From NCBI GenBank assembly GCA_033811955.1, contig JAPXNP010000001.1, positions 1-32,889 on the forward strand: DNA of 32,889 nt, read 5' to 3'. How positions within the stretch are numbered: the first letter of the stretch is position 1; each line of letters opens with the position of its first letter. The notes beneath the pieces are model-generated. The model made no database searches and was not told the origin of the DNA. It saw nothing but the letters and a program-made list of their open reading frames with translations. Both the position numbers and the translations under genes were made by a program. This document shows, piece by piece, positions 1 to 10,863 of this stretch. Source of the DNA: Acidobacteriota bacterium (lineage in GTDB: Bacteria > Acidobacteriota > UBA6911 > RPQK01 > JAPXNP01).

Positions 1-1311
1 TAAACGAACTCACCGAGAATGCTTACCGGCGATTCGGATATAAGATTGTTCCGGTGCTTCTAAGCCGGAAAGAACACCGCCACTTCTACGAGGGGTTTTC
101 CAACGAGATCATTTGGCCGATGTTTCATGATCTCCAAACGATGTGTAACTTCAACCCGGAGTACTGGAAATCGTATTTGGCGGTGAATCGCAAGTTCGCC
201 GAGAGCGTATCGAGCCTCTTGAATCCTGACGACTTCGTGTGGGTCCACGATTACCACCTGATGTGTTTCGCCGGGGAGTTGCGTTGTATGGAGAATGAAT
301 GCCCTTGCGCTTTCTTTACATTCCTTTTCCTCCCCTGGACATCTTCTCAAACTCCCTTGGCGGCTGGAGCTCCTCAGGGCACTTCTGGATTTCGACTTGG
401 TGGGCTTCCAGACCGAGAGAGATCGGCGCAATTTCTTGGAGTGCTTGCGAGCCATTGTGCGAAGCGTCTCGATCCGAGGAAGAGGAAGGGTGATCGGCGT
501 TTCCTGGCAAGACAGGGCTCGGAGAATCGGAGCATTTCCCATCTCCATCGATTTCGACCGTTTCGCCGCGGATGCTAGAAAACCAAGGGTAGTGGAGTTA
601 ATGCATCGTATCCGGGAGAATCTGGCCAACCGGACGCTCTTGCTCGGGGTCGACCGACTGGACTATACGAAGGGAATCCCCTATCGCCTTCTCGCCTTCC
701 GCGACGCTCTCTTCCGCTACCCACAGCTACGGGGAAAGGTTACGCTCGTACAGGTAGTCGTCCCAAGTCGGACCGGAGTTCCGAAATACCGGGAGCTGCG
801 GGCACAGATCGAGCGTCTCGTGGGAGGAATCAACGGCCAGTTCGCCCGCACCGACTGGGTACCGGTCCACTACGTCTTTCGCTTCTTGACTCCGGAAGAA
901 CTGCTCGCCTTTTATCGGGCGGCGGACATCGCGTTGATCACCCCTCTAAAGGACGGAATGAATCTCATCGCGAAGGAATACTGCGCCGCCAACGTGACGA
1001 ACAACGGGATCGTTATCCTTAGTGAGTTCGCCGGCGCCGCTTCCCAGCTCCAGGTGGGCGCCCTCCTCGTCAATCCTTACCATATCCAGGCGGTAGCCGA
1101 CGCGATCTTACAGGCTTATCAAATGGACAGCGCCGAGAAGAAAGCACGTATGAAGAAGATGCGCCAAGTGGTGCGCAAGCAAAACGTCTTCTGGTGGGTC
1201 GACGCGTTCCTCAAAAGCGCGATCTCACAGGATCTAGGCAGTTTTCCCTACGTGCAGGAATACGTTCCCCAGCTCGACTCGGGAGGCTTTCCTTTCGAGA
1301 TGTCTTCCTAA
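1..1311 (+). pseudogene. otsA: Trehalose-6-phosphate synthase (GT20, OtsA-like), 5' end outside window, reading frame disrupted at least twice
   Basis: Phase 0 is open from nt 3 (NELTENAYRRFGYKIVPVLLSRKEHRHFYEGFSNEIIWPMFH...FVWVHDYHLMCFAGELR), matching the OtsA N-half. The conserved FxxIPFPxxxIF block appears in another phase (RFLYIPFPPLDIF, ~nt 308-346). The rest (LPWRLELLRALLDFDLVGFQTERD, RLDYTKGIP, TPLKDGMNLIAKEY, LSEFAGAA) is in the third phase, ending at the stop at 1309-1311. Confidence 0.8.
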
Positions 1312-1573
1312 CCGACCTTTCACACGCGGGGACGAGCGGGCTCGTTTCGTGCGCAAGAAGCGGTACGGTTTTGCGAGCTGTCGATTGCTCACGTGGGGGT
1401 AATCGCACCGGATGGAGCCTATGCCGTGCTGCTGCGGGCAAGTGCCAGGTAAGAGAGCCGGGACCTGAAAGCCTCCGACCGGGTCGGTCTGTCCCGCCGC
1501 GAAACGCGCGATCATCAAAGATCGCTGAAATGCCCACGAACCGCCCTGACTGGGAGGGCTTGGACAACCGGAT

Positions 1574-1591
1574 GGAGAGGGAGGGGCGGGA
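1574..1591 (-). other. 16S trailer half of a putative rRNA processing stem (pairs with 3138-3160)
   Basis: GGAGAGGGAGGGGCGGGA (plus strand) is complementary to 3138-3160 (TCCCGGCCCCTTCACCCTTTCTC). That gives about 10 bp with one bulge, then a 3-nt bulge, then 6 of 7 bp. It lies 21-38 nt outside the mature 3' end, as expected for an RNase III stem. Confidence 0.5.
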
Positions 1592-1611
1592 TGCTTGGGT
1601 TGTACCTGTTA

Positions 1612-3122
<1,511 letters not shown>

Positions 3123-3137
3123 CTGCCTTCTATCCAA

Positions 3138-3160
3138 TCCCGGCCCCTTCACCCTTTCTC
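3138..3160 (-). other. 16S leader half of the putative processing stem (pairs with 1574-1591)
   Basis: See 1574-1591. It lies 16-38 nt upstream of the mature 5' end. Confidence 0.5.
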
Positions 3161-3245
3161 AGGGCACCCGTCTCCACCCAGTTGTCAAAGACCTCCCACA
3201 CCCCTCGGCATGGACCCGCCGGATCACCCCTGCGGGCAACACTTA

Positions 3246-3274
3246 ATACTACCAAAAGCTGGGACCAAATTCAA
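3246..3274 (-). promoter_or_regulatory. Candidate sigma70-type promoter for the 16S gene
   Basis: On the minus strand: TTGAAT (3274-3269), 17 nt spacer, TAGTAT (3251-3246). It sits ~120 nt upstream of the mature 16S 5' end. This is the only match with canonical spacing I found in the 270-nt upstream spacer. Confidence 0.4.
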
Positions 3275-3392
3275 CTTAGCGAATGGCCCCACTCCAACGA
3301 AACCCTTCCAGCCGCCGCTCCGCGCGGCTCCCACGCTTAGGATCCCTATGTTCCAGGACCGCGCCTCCCGGAAACCGACTCACTGACCGCTC

Positions 3393-5411
3393 CTACCCCA
3401 ACACCGAACTCGGCTGGCTGAAGGGCTCCTCCAGGTACTTCTGAGCCTCGGCCAGCGAACCGTTGTAATCCACCTTCGTGTTCAGGGCCTTTTGATACTC
3501 CGCCTCCGCCCGGCGCCGCTGACCGAGAATATCGTAGACTTTGCCCAAATAGATATGCGCCCATACTTCGATCCATTCCGGCTGCAAATCGCCGTTAAGC
3601 GCCTCCCGCATGCTGTTGGCCGCGTTGGAATAGCTGTGCTGCTCGAAAAAGGTCTGCCCCAAGCGGAAGTGAGCCAGTGAGTTGCGCGGATTGAGCTCCA
3701 AAGCTCGCTCGTACTCGCGGATCGCCGAGACGTACTCACCGCGCTCCCGATACTCGTCGCCCATAGCAACGCTTACCGCCACCCTCATGCGGTCCGAATC
3801 TCTAAGAACTTTGCCGTGGGGATCCAGCACCAGCCTGACCGGCAGGGTTTCCGTCTCAAAGGTGAAGCTGGTCACCTTCCCGGAAACCAAGATCTTCTTC
3901 TCTTCAGGTTGGCCCTTCGTTTCCACCAAAATCTCCAAGGGCATCCGAAACATTTCCAGGTCTTGCAGCACTCGTCCCCGTATCCTAAAACCGCCTTCCC
4001 GCAGCTTGAGAATCGTGTATTCCAGGCGTAGGTCCGGAACACCCACCGATTCCAACCACTGCGTGAAAAACCACCGATAATCCTCTCCCGCCGCTTCGTC
4101 GATCAGCCGAGCAAACTCACGAGTGGAACCGGTCCGGCCGGCTTGATTCGCATAAAAATCCTGAAGGACGCCCTTCACCTTGTCTTGCCCCAAAAGCTGC
4201 TCCAGCATGAACAAGATCCAACCACCTTTGGCCGCGACAATGGACTGATAGCGGGCCGACCCGCGCTCCAGGTTGAACCCGTCGGCCACCGGCGCCTGTT
4301 CCTGGTACTTGAGAGCTTCCACGGCGGTCTTCGCCAGTTCCGTGGAATACTCGTCGGACCGGTTCGCCCGGCCGAAACAGAGTGCTGCATAGGTCGCAAA
4401 ACCGTCCGCCAGCCATGCATCACTAGCCCGCTCCGGCAGTACGCCGTAACCCCACCACTGAAGCGCGAGACGGTACGCCAGCTCCCGCCAAGACGGTAGT
4501 GACGAACCCCAGTACCGCAGCTCCAGCGGCAAAAGGCCCCGCGAACCAAGCGGAGTTATAGCTAAATTACGGGTCTGCACCACGGTGAGGGTTTCCAACC
4601 CGCTCCGACCGAATTCCTCCTCGTAGAAAGCGAGGATTTCCCACACCAGCTCCGCCAGTGGAGTCAAGTCCTTGTCGGCGCTCTCTTCCTGAACGAAAAA
4701 GACAAGCTTCGGCGACTTCTCCTCGAAGGACTGGCGAAAGAATCGGCCAATGAACAACGGTGCACTGTTTACCGGATCGCGACTTGCCCACTGGAACGCT
4801 TCCGTCAAGCCGAGCGTTTCCACCGCGACTAGTTCGCCTGGTCCCACCACCGTGAAACCAAGGGGAACTGTAACCCTCAAAGACATCTCCGCCGGATCGA
4901 CCGGCAATTGATGACTGGGAAACCAGAACGCCTCCGTCAGGAGATATCCACCGTCCCGATCCAGCAAAGCCTTCTTATCCTGCGGCGTATCCAGAAACGC
5001 ATACTGTTCCGGCTCGAAGCTCCCTTCGAAAGAAATCACCAGATGCGCTTCGTTTCCAGCCCGCCAAGGGGTCTCCGGCTCAAGCCGAATCGCATCCCTC
5101 GACAACGCGGCACTCCCCAGGGAAAGGCGGCGCCCCTCCGAGTCGGTCGCGCTGATGACGCTCAAGTGGCGACTGAAACTAAGCTCCAGGCTCGGTGTGT
5201 CTTCGAGAAAACGCAAGAACAGACGACCCTCACCACGTAAGGTACTTCGCTCAAGGTCGAGTTCGGCGTCTACCTCGTATCGCAAGGCATCTACCGTCGG
5301 TCCCTTTTCCGACTGGACGGCCGCCAACCCGGTCCCGAGGCTCCACCACATCGCCCAGCACAGGAAACTTATCCCCCAGGCTTTCCTCACCCATCTCCAC
5401 TTTCTTTTCAT
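3393..5411 (-). CDS. Secreted M1-aminopeptidase-fold protein with degenerate catalytic motifs and C-terminal TPR repeats
   Basis: N-terminal signal-like MKRKWRWVRKAWGISFLCWAMWWSLGTGLAAVQS. The M1 core aligns but the motifs are changed: GAMEN is GSRGL, HELAHQWFG is YRLALQWWG, and NEGFA is ADGFATY. The C-terminus has TPR-like repeats (EYERALELNPRNSLAHFRLGQTFF, YLGKVYDILGQRRRAEAEYQKAL). The start ATG overlaps the lpxB stop (ATGA at 5408-5411). Confidence 0.7.
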   Translation of the reverse strand: MKRKWRWVRKAWGISFLCWAMWWSLGTGLAAVQSEKGPTVDALRYEVDAELDLERSTLRGEGRLFLRFLEDTPSLELSFSRHLSVISATDSEGRRLSLGSAALSRDAIRLEPETPWRAGNEAHLVISFEGSFEPEQYAFLDTPQDKKALLDRDGGYLLTEAFWFPSHQLPVDPAEMSLRVTVPLGFTVVGPGELVAVETLGLTEAFQWASRDPVNSAPLFIGRFFRQSFEEKSPKLVFFVQEESADKDLTPLAELVWEILAFYEEEFGRSGLETLTVVQTRNLAITPLGSRGLLPLELRYWGSSLPSWRELAYRLALQWWGYGVLPERASDAWLADGFATYAALCFGRANRSDEYSTELAKTAVEALKYQEQAPVADGFNLERGSARYQSIVAAKGGWILFMLEQLLGQDKVKGVLQDFYANQAGRTGSTREFARLIDEAAGEDYRWFFTQWLESVGVPDLRLEYTILKLREGGFRIRGRVLQDLEMFRMPLEILVETKGQPEEKKILVSGKVTSFTFETETLPVRLVLDPHGKVLRDSDRMRVAVSVAMGDEYRERGEYVSAIREYERALELNPRNSLAHFRLGQTFFEQHSYSNAANSMREALNGDLQPEWIEVWAHIYLGKVYDILGQRRRAEAEYQKALNTKVDYNGSLAEAQKYLEEPFSQPSSVLG

Positions 5412-6622
5412 GTTCGGTCTCTAGCTGTAAAGCGAACCGAGTTGGAACTCGTTCCAACTCCCTCATGCATCCAACCCTCTTGCAGGATCCGGTCGGCCGC
5501 CTCCCTGTAGGCATCACGCCGTCCCAAACGCTCAGCCGCCTCCCGTAGCCGTGCCTTGTATCGCCTAAACTCCCGCACATCAGACAGAACGTTGTCCAAC
5601 CACGCCCCAATCCGCTCCGGGCGGGCGTTCCATTGCACGAACTCCGGGGCGACCGTCTCCTCGGCCACCCGATTCGCCAAGCAAAAGGGCTGCCGCGGAA
5701 CCAGCGGACGAAGTAAAAGCCAGCTCAACCAGCTCATGCGATACATCATGGCGAACGGCACTCCCGCCAACATGCTCTCCAAGGTGGACGTACCGCTCTT
5801 TACGATCGCTGCGTCCATCTCGGCCAGCAGCCTTTCCGTCGCCCCTTCGACGATTCGCACCGGCACGTCGGAACGCAATTCTCTTTGACATCGGCTTACC
5901 ACCGTCTCAACTTGTTCCCTCGAGATCTCAGGCGCTTTGACGACGACGAGTTCAACTCGGCGCCTTCGACTCACCCACGCTCCCGCCGCCAATTGAATCG
6001 GCAACATGGATTCCACCTCGTGCCGCCGACTCCCAGGCAAGAGAGCGATCCGTGGGATCGGCCGAGGATCCTCGGCCGATCCCACACCGAGCTCGAAAAA
6101 CCGGGCCGCCGTCGGATTGCCGACATAAACCGCCCGAATATCCCGCGACTGAAAGTACCTTTCCTCGAAAGGAAAGATCACTAGCAATAGATCCACCCAT
6201 CGCCGGATTTGTTTCACTCGGTACTCGCGCCAGGCCCAGACCTGAGGAGCGATGAAGTAACATACCGGCACGCCCACCTCTTTCAGCCGACGAGCCAACC
6301 GCAAATTGAACTCAGGAAAGTCCACCAGAATCGCCGCCCTCGGTTTCCGCTCTCGAACCGCTTCCAGGAGCCGCACAAAGGACTTTCGATAGTGTGCAAG
6401 GTGGGTTAGGGCCGCCTGCGGACCGATCGCCGCCTGTTCTCCAATGCCGGCAAGCAGGTCGACACCTGTATCCCGCAGGTGGGATCCGCCGTACCCAAAC
6501 CAGCGAACACCACCCGGCCCTATCCGAGCCTCGACAGCACGCACCAGGCCGGCGGCATGCCGATCTCCGGAGGGCTCCCCGGCCACCACCATAAAACACG
6601 GCGACTCAGGCAACGGAGTCAT
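5408..6622 (-). CDS. lpxB: Lipid-A-disaccharide synthase
   Basis: MVVAGEPSGDRHAAGLV, ILVDFPEFNLRLARRLK, YFIAPQVWAWREYRVKQI, LLPGSRRHEVE and KSGTSTLE match LpxB along the full length. The ATG at 6622 gives an E. coli-like N-terminus. The longest ORF extends to a TTG at 6649. Confidence 0.9.
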   Translation of the reverse strand: MTPLPESPCFMVVAGEPSGDRHAAGLVRAVEARIGPGGVRWFGYGGSHLRDTGVDLLAGIGEQAAIGPQAALTHLAHYRKSFVRLLEAVRERKPRAAILVDFPEFNLRLARRLKEVGVPVCYFIAPQVWAWREYRVKQIRRWVDLLLVIFPFEERYFQSRDIRAVYVGNPTAARFFELGVGSAEDPRPIPRIALLPGSRRHEVESMLPIQLAAGAWVSRRRRVELVVVKAPEISREQVETVVSRCQRELRSDVPVRIVEGATERLLAEMDAAIVKSGTSTLESMLAGVPFAMMYRMSWLSWLLLRPLVPRQPFCLANRVAEETVAPEFVQWNARPERIGAWLDNVLSDVREFRRYKARLREAAERLGRRDAYREAADRILQEGWMHEGVGTSSNSVRFTARDRT

Positions 6623-6691
6623 TCTCTCTAACCGCGCAGTTTCCCCCAAGTACGTATCCTCCGCCGGTCCGTTCGGCGGTACTTCTCGGTT

Positions 6692-7888
6692 TCAGTGTGA
6701 TCGCATTGTAGAGAAACCAGCCTCGCGCCGTCGGATGAGAGCTTCTTCATTCGAAAGCGGACGTTGAATCCAACCTCCTCCCAACACTTCGGAGCCCCGG
6801 TAAAAAACCGCGGCTTGGCCCGGAGTTACGGCGGCTTGAGGCTCCTCGAAAAGAACCACCGTCGGCCCCTCCGGCTCGCCCTCTTGCACCACGACGGCGG
6901 AGACGGGACGGTGAGTCGATCGAATCTTGACCTCCACCCGCATCGGCTCCTGGAGATCAACCTCGGGGCGTCGGATCCAGTGGCTTGCAGCCGTGACCAA
7001 GCCCAAGCTCAACAGTTCCGAACGCGGGCCAACCACCAGCCGATTCCGCTCCGGATCAATCTTCGTGACGTAAAGCGGTTCCCGATAAGCCACGCCGAGC
7101 CCCTTCCGCTGTCCGACGGTATAACGAAAAACTCCGCCGTGAGTGCCCAAACGACTCCCGTCGGCCAGCTCAATAGCACCCGGTCGGTCTCTGTTCTCCA
7201 GTACCGGCAGTAAATCGCTGCGTACGCGCCCGGTTTCCCGCCGGATGAAGCCGGCAAGGTCCCCGTCCGGCAAAAAACAAATCTCACGGCTCTCACGTTT
7301 GACCGCCGTGGGCAGGTCGGCCTCCCGAGCTAACCGCCGAGTGTCCGTCTTGCGATAACCGCCTAATGGGAACACCACTCCAGCGAGCTGGGCCTGTCTG
7401 AGTTCGAACAAGAAATACGACTGGTCCTTTCTTTCATCGACGCCCCGCAGCAAACGAAACCCGTCCAGCCCTGCCGACTCTATGCGCGCATAGTGACCGG
7501 TGGCCACATACTCGATCCCAAGACCTCGGGCGAACCGGAGAAGGCCGCCGAACTTCAAGAACGTATTACAGCGCGCGCAGGGTATCGGAGTACTTCCCAA
7601 CAAATAGCCCTCGATAAAGGGAGCAACTACGTGGCGTTCGAAGTCCGCTTCCAGGTTTACAACAAAAAAGGGAACGCCCAAGCGCTCCGCCACCCGCCGA
7701 GCGTCAAAAACGTCGTCCGGCGAACAGCAGCCGCCCGTCGACGGCCGATCGGAAGCATCGCTGGGATTGCGACGGGCGTCCCATAATTGCATGGTACACC
7801 CCACCACATCCCAGCCCTCTTGTCGTAACAACCAGGCGGCGACGGAGCTGTCGACACCTCCGCTCATGGCCACCAGCACACGCTTCAT
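6692..7888 (-). CDS. mnmA: tRNA-specific 2-thiouridylase
   Basis: PP-loop VLVAMSGGVDSSVAAWLL, then CCSPDDVFDARRVAERLGVPF and TPIPCARCN. Typical MnmA length of 398 aa. Confidence 0.92.
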   Translation of the reverse strand: MKRVLVAMSGGVDSSVAAWLLRQEGWDVVGCTMQLWDARRNPSDASDRPSTGGCCSPDDVFDARRVAERLGVPFFVVNLEADFERHVVAPFIEGYLLGSTPIPCARCNTFLKFGGLLRFARGLGIEYVATGHYARIESAGLDGFRLLRGVDERKDQSYFLFELRQAQLAGVVFPLGGYRKTDTRRLAREADLPTAVKRESREICFLPDGDLAGFIRRETGRVRSDLLPVLENRDRPGAIELADGSRLGTHGGVFRYTVGQRKGLGVAYREPLYVTKIDPERNRLVVGPRSELLSLGLVTAASHWIRRPEVDLQEPMRVEVKIRSTHRPVSAVVVQEGEPEGPTVVLFEEPQAAVTPGQAAVFYRGSEVLGGGWIQRPLSNEEALIRRREAGFSTMRSH

Positions 7889-8103
7889 CCTTTCATTATC
7901 CAGGATTCCGAAACAGACCTACGAATCAGCCGACGTCTTAGCCGACACCTCATGCTACCGCGGCCATCGGGGCACAGGCGGGGCCCAGAAAGCAGAAGAC
8001 GGGAATCTCAAAAAGAGCGAAGGAGTCCGGGTAACAACAACCGGGACAACCGCTGTGCTGGTACCAGCGCGCCGCTCCCAACCCCGTACGCGGAACTCTC
8101 TCG

Positions 8104-8844
8104 TCAGTGCGACTGGGCCGAGAAACCGCCGAACCCGGCGGAAGTGCCGATTTCTCCCAACAGCGCTTGCTCTACCGCCGCTTCCGCCAAAGCTTCAAGA
8201 GAATCCACAACAGCGAGATCCGGCACGTGGACCCCAAAGAGTCCCAGTTCGGTACATCCGTAAATAACCACCTCGGCCCCTTCCGAGGCAATCTCCTCTA
8301 TGACTCGCTGGAAACCCTTTCGATGAGGAGCCAAGTCCTGATGGCCTTTCACTGCCTCAATCGCCCCCTGCACCACCGCTTGGCTCTTTCCATCCGGCAG
8401 AATCCAGGTGAAATCTTCGTCTGCAGCCTCCTGGTAAAGCCCGCACGAAACCGTCGCCGTCGTAGCCAGAAGTCCCAAAGAACGAGCCCCAGGATACCTG
8501 CAGCGGACGACTCTCAGCGTCTCGTCCACGATGTGAAGGACGGGAATGGCAACCCCCCGTGCGATCTGCGGCCAGAACTTGTGGGCGGTGTTACACGGCA
8601 TGGCGATGAGATCGGCTCCGGCTTTCTCCAGTCTCTGCGCGAGCTCCACTAAGTACGGCTCAGGCGATTCGCCGGAGAATCCCATGAGATACGAACAGCG
8701 GTCAGGAATGCGCGGTTCGCTGATCAGAACCACCGGTATGTGCTCCTGGTCCCTGGAAGCAGGCGTCAAATCGATGATTTTCTGAAAAAAAGCCGCCGTG
8801 GCATCCGGCCCCATACCGCCCAAAATCCCCACCGTCTTCGGCAT
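8104..8844 (-). CDS. Aspartate/glutamate racemase family protein (aspartate racemase-like)
   Basis: GILGGMGPDATAAFF, MPCNTAHKF and YGCTELGL are the two catalytic-Cys motifs of the Asp/Glu racemase family. 246 aa. Confidence 0.85.
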   Translation of the reverse strand: MPKTVGILGGMGPDATAAFFQKIIDLTPASRDQEHIPVVLISEPRIPDRCSYLMGFSGESPEPYLVELAQRLEKAGADLIAMPCNTAHKFWPQIARGVAIPVLHIVDETLRVVRCRYPGARSLGLLATTATVSCGLYQEAADEDFTWILPDGKSQAVVQGAIEAVKGHQDLAPHRKGFQRVIEEIASEGAEVVIYGCTELGLFGVHVPDLAVVDSLEALAEAAVEQALLGEIGTSAGFGGFSAQSH

Positions 8845-8896
8845 GGGCCCATGCTAGCACAAGGCATTTCGGCCGAGAGAAGCGACCTCGCCGGGG

Positions 8897-9385
8897 TTAC
8901 AGGCTTTCTTTCTCGGAGCCAAGCGAAGCGCTCCACTCTCGAAAGACTTCGCCAAGAAAAAAGCGGGCTGCTTGATAAATCCCGGCCGTCTGACTTTCCC
9001 GGGGTCCGGCGACATTCAGAACGGCAATCTTCATGTCTCGGAGCCAAACCAAGACGGAAGTGGGCGGAGGCGGTTCTTGGAGTTCCACGAGGAAGACCGG
9101 CTTCCCACACTCCACAGCAAACCGCCACGTAAAGGCCGTGCCGCCTCCTGGAGGTCCCACACAGCAAATCAGCGTGGCGTCGGCGTCCCTCACATTCCAC
9201 TCGGTGCGCTGAGCGTAGTCGGCCGTCGGCGTCTCCCGCAGGGGATAGGTAGACGGGATAACGCCGTCTTCGGCCAGTCGCCCGGCGGGACACCAACCGC
9301 CTACCCGTAAACCTGCGGCGGCGGCCGCGTCCAGAGCCGCCCGATCCACCCCGGTCTGCCCTCCCGAGATCACCCGTGGTTTCAT
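8897..9385 (-). CDS. SLOG-fold 'putative molybdenum carrier' (YpsA-like) protein
   Basis: VISGGQTGVDRAALDAA...GGWCPAGRLAEDGVIP..YPL.ETP..DYAQRTEWNVRDADATL matches my memory of the MoCo_carrier family consensus. I chose the start at the ATG at 9385 (MKPRVISGG); the longest ORF reaches 9493. Confidence 0.6.
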   Translation of the reverse strand: MKPRVISGGQTGVDRAALDAAAAAGLRVGGWCPAGRLAEDGVIPSTYPLRETPTADYAQRTEWNVRDADATLICCVGPPGGGTAFTWRFAVECGKPVFLVELQEPPPPTSVLVWLRDMKIAVLNVAGPRESQTAGIYQAARFFLGEVFREWSASLGSEKESL

Positions 9386-9460
9386 GACGGATACTTCACC
9401 TACACGGGATGCCGGCTTAGAGATCGTCGCCGGCCGTTGCCCGCTGTGTTCGCCCAACCG

Positions 9461-9489
9461 TAGTCCAAAATCCCGTCGACCACTATAAT
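9461..9489 (+). promoter_or_regulatory. Candidate promoter upstream of xylA
   Basis: Perfect -10 TATAAT at 9484-9489. There is a weak -35 TAGTCC at 9461-9466 with a 17-nt spacer. It lies ~100 nt upstream of the xylA ATG, and an AGGAGG SD is at 9571-9576. Confidence 0.3.
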
Positions 9490-9586
9490 GCAAGGAATCT
9501 TTGCGCCGGCACAGCCGTACAGCGGAGACTATGCGGTGGTGTCATCCGCGTGATAAGAGATTAACCGAAAAGGAGGAGACGTAACC

Positions 9587-10759
9587 ATGGACTCGTATCA
9601 ACCGAAGAAAGATCATCGATTCAGTTTCGGTCTTTGGACTGTGGGGAGTGTCGGGCGCGACCCCTTTGGTGAGCCGGTCCGGCGCCCGTTGTCGCCGGTG
9701 GAGCTCGTCCATCTCCTTGCGGAGGTGGGCGCCTGGGGCGTCAACTTCCATGACAACGACCTGGTCCCCATCGACGCGACCCCGGCAGAACGAGATCGCA
9801 TCGTGGCTGACTTCAAGCGCGCACTGCAGGAGACCGGGCTGGTGGTCCCTATGGCTACCACCAACCTGTTTACCGATCCGGCGTTTCGGGATGGGGCCTT
9901 TACAGCCAACGATCCCGCGGTGCGCACCTATGCTCTCCAGAAAACCGTGCGAGGCATCGATCTCGGCGTCGAGCTGGGAGCGAAGGTCTACGTGTTCTGG
10001 GGCGGTCGAGAGGGAGTGGAGTCGGACGCCACAAAAGATCCGGTGGAGTCTCTGAAGCGTTTCCGGGAGGCCGTCAATTTCCTCACCGCCTATGTGCGGG
10101 ATCAGGGCTACGACTTGAAATTCGCCCTGGAGCCGAAACCCAACGAACCGCGAGGTGATCTTTTCCTTCCCAACGTGGGGGCGATGCTTGCCTTTATCGA
10201 AACGTTGGATTACCCCGAGATGGTGGGAGTCAACCCGGAGGTGGCCCACGAACATATGTCGGGACTCAACTTCACCCATGCTTTGGCCCAGGCGTGGGAA
10301 GCGGGAAAGCTCTTTCACGTGGACCTCAACGACCAAGCCTTCGGACGTTACGACCAGGATTTGCGGTTCGGGTCATACAACCCTAAAGCCGCCTTTTTCA
10401 TGGTCAAGTTCCTAGAAGACGTGGGTTACCAGGGCGCCAGGCACTTTGACGCTCATGCCTACCGCACTTCGAATTACGAGGACGTGAAGGCATTTGCCCT
10501 CGGGTGCATGCGCACGTACCTGATTCTGGCAGAGAAGGCTCGACAGTTCCGGGAAGACCGCGAAATCCAAGCTCTTCTTCAGGAGATTCATGCCGACGAC
10601 GGATCCCTGCAATCGTTTCGCGGAGCCTACTCGCGGGAGAAGGTGGAATCCTTGAAAAATCATCCGTTCGATCGGAAGGAACTGGGCTCGCGAGGCAAGC
10701 CTTACGAACGATTGGATCAGCTGGTGGTGGAGCTGCTTCTCGGCGTACGGGGCTGCTAG
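9587..10759 (+). CDS. xylA: Xylose isomerase, class I (Streptomyces/Thermus-type, ~390 aa)
   Basis: [60 protein letters not shown] and DQDLRFG are collinear with the Streptomyces rubiginosus enzyme as I remember it. A strong SD precedes the ATG. Confidence 0.93.
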   Translation: MDSYQPKKDHRFSFGLWTVGSVGRDPFGEPVRRPLSPVELVHLLAEVGAWGVNFHDNDLVPIDATPAERDRIVADFKRALQETGLVVPMATTNLFTDPAFRDGAFTANDPAVRTYALQKTVRGIDLGVELGAKVYVFWGGREGVESDATKDPVESLKRFREAVNFLTAYVRDQGYDLKFALEPKPNEPRGDLFLPNVGAMLAFIETLDYPEMVGVNPEVAHEHMSGLNFTHALAQAWEAGKLFHVDLNDQAFGRYDQDLRFGSYNPKAAFFMVKFLEDVGYQGARHFDAHAYRTSNYEDVKAFALGCMRTYLILAEKARQFREDREIQALLQEIHADDGSLQSFRGAYSREKVESLKNHPFDRKELGSRGKPYERLDQLVVELLLGVRGC

Positions 10760-10863
10760 GCGGACTCAAGGCCGATGGATCCGGCGACAGTCGATCGACC
10801 GACCGGGCGGGGGGACGGTACCGGCCGGAATCCTTGCTTCCGGTCGCAAGGGATAGCATCGCA

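Noticed and set aside
1312-1611. Possible tRNA, 5S or truncated 23S in the 300 bp downstream of the 16S 3' end.
   Set aside because: I found no GGTTCGAATCC-type T-arm and no 5S-like CCGAAC/GGGAGA blocks on either strand. Only short GC hairpins are present (for example 1508-1525 and 1332-1345).
9542-10336. 264-aa minus-strand ORF antisense to xylA. Similar long antisense ORFs are 24643..25737 (against fumC), 21376..22320 (against oleA), 25752..26561 (against the methyltransferase and macro genes), 12873..13703 (against Gfo/Idh/MocA), 10404..11030 and 8766..9296.
   Set aside because: These are typical high-GC shadow ORFs. They are Arg/Pro/Gly-rich, have no recognisable motifs, and each lies opposite a gene with a full-length family signature.
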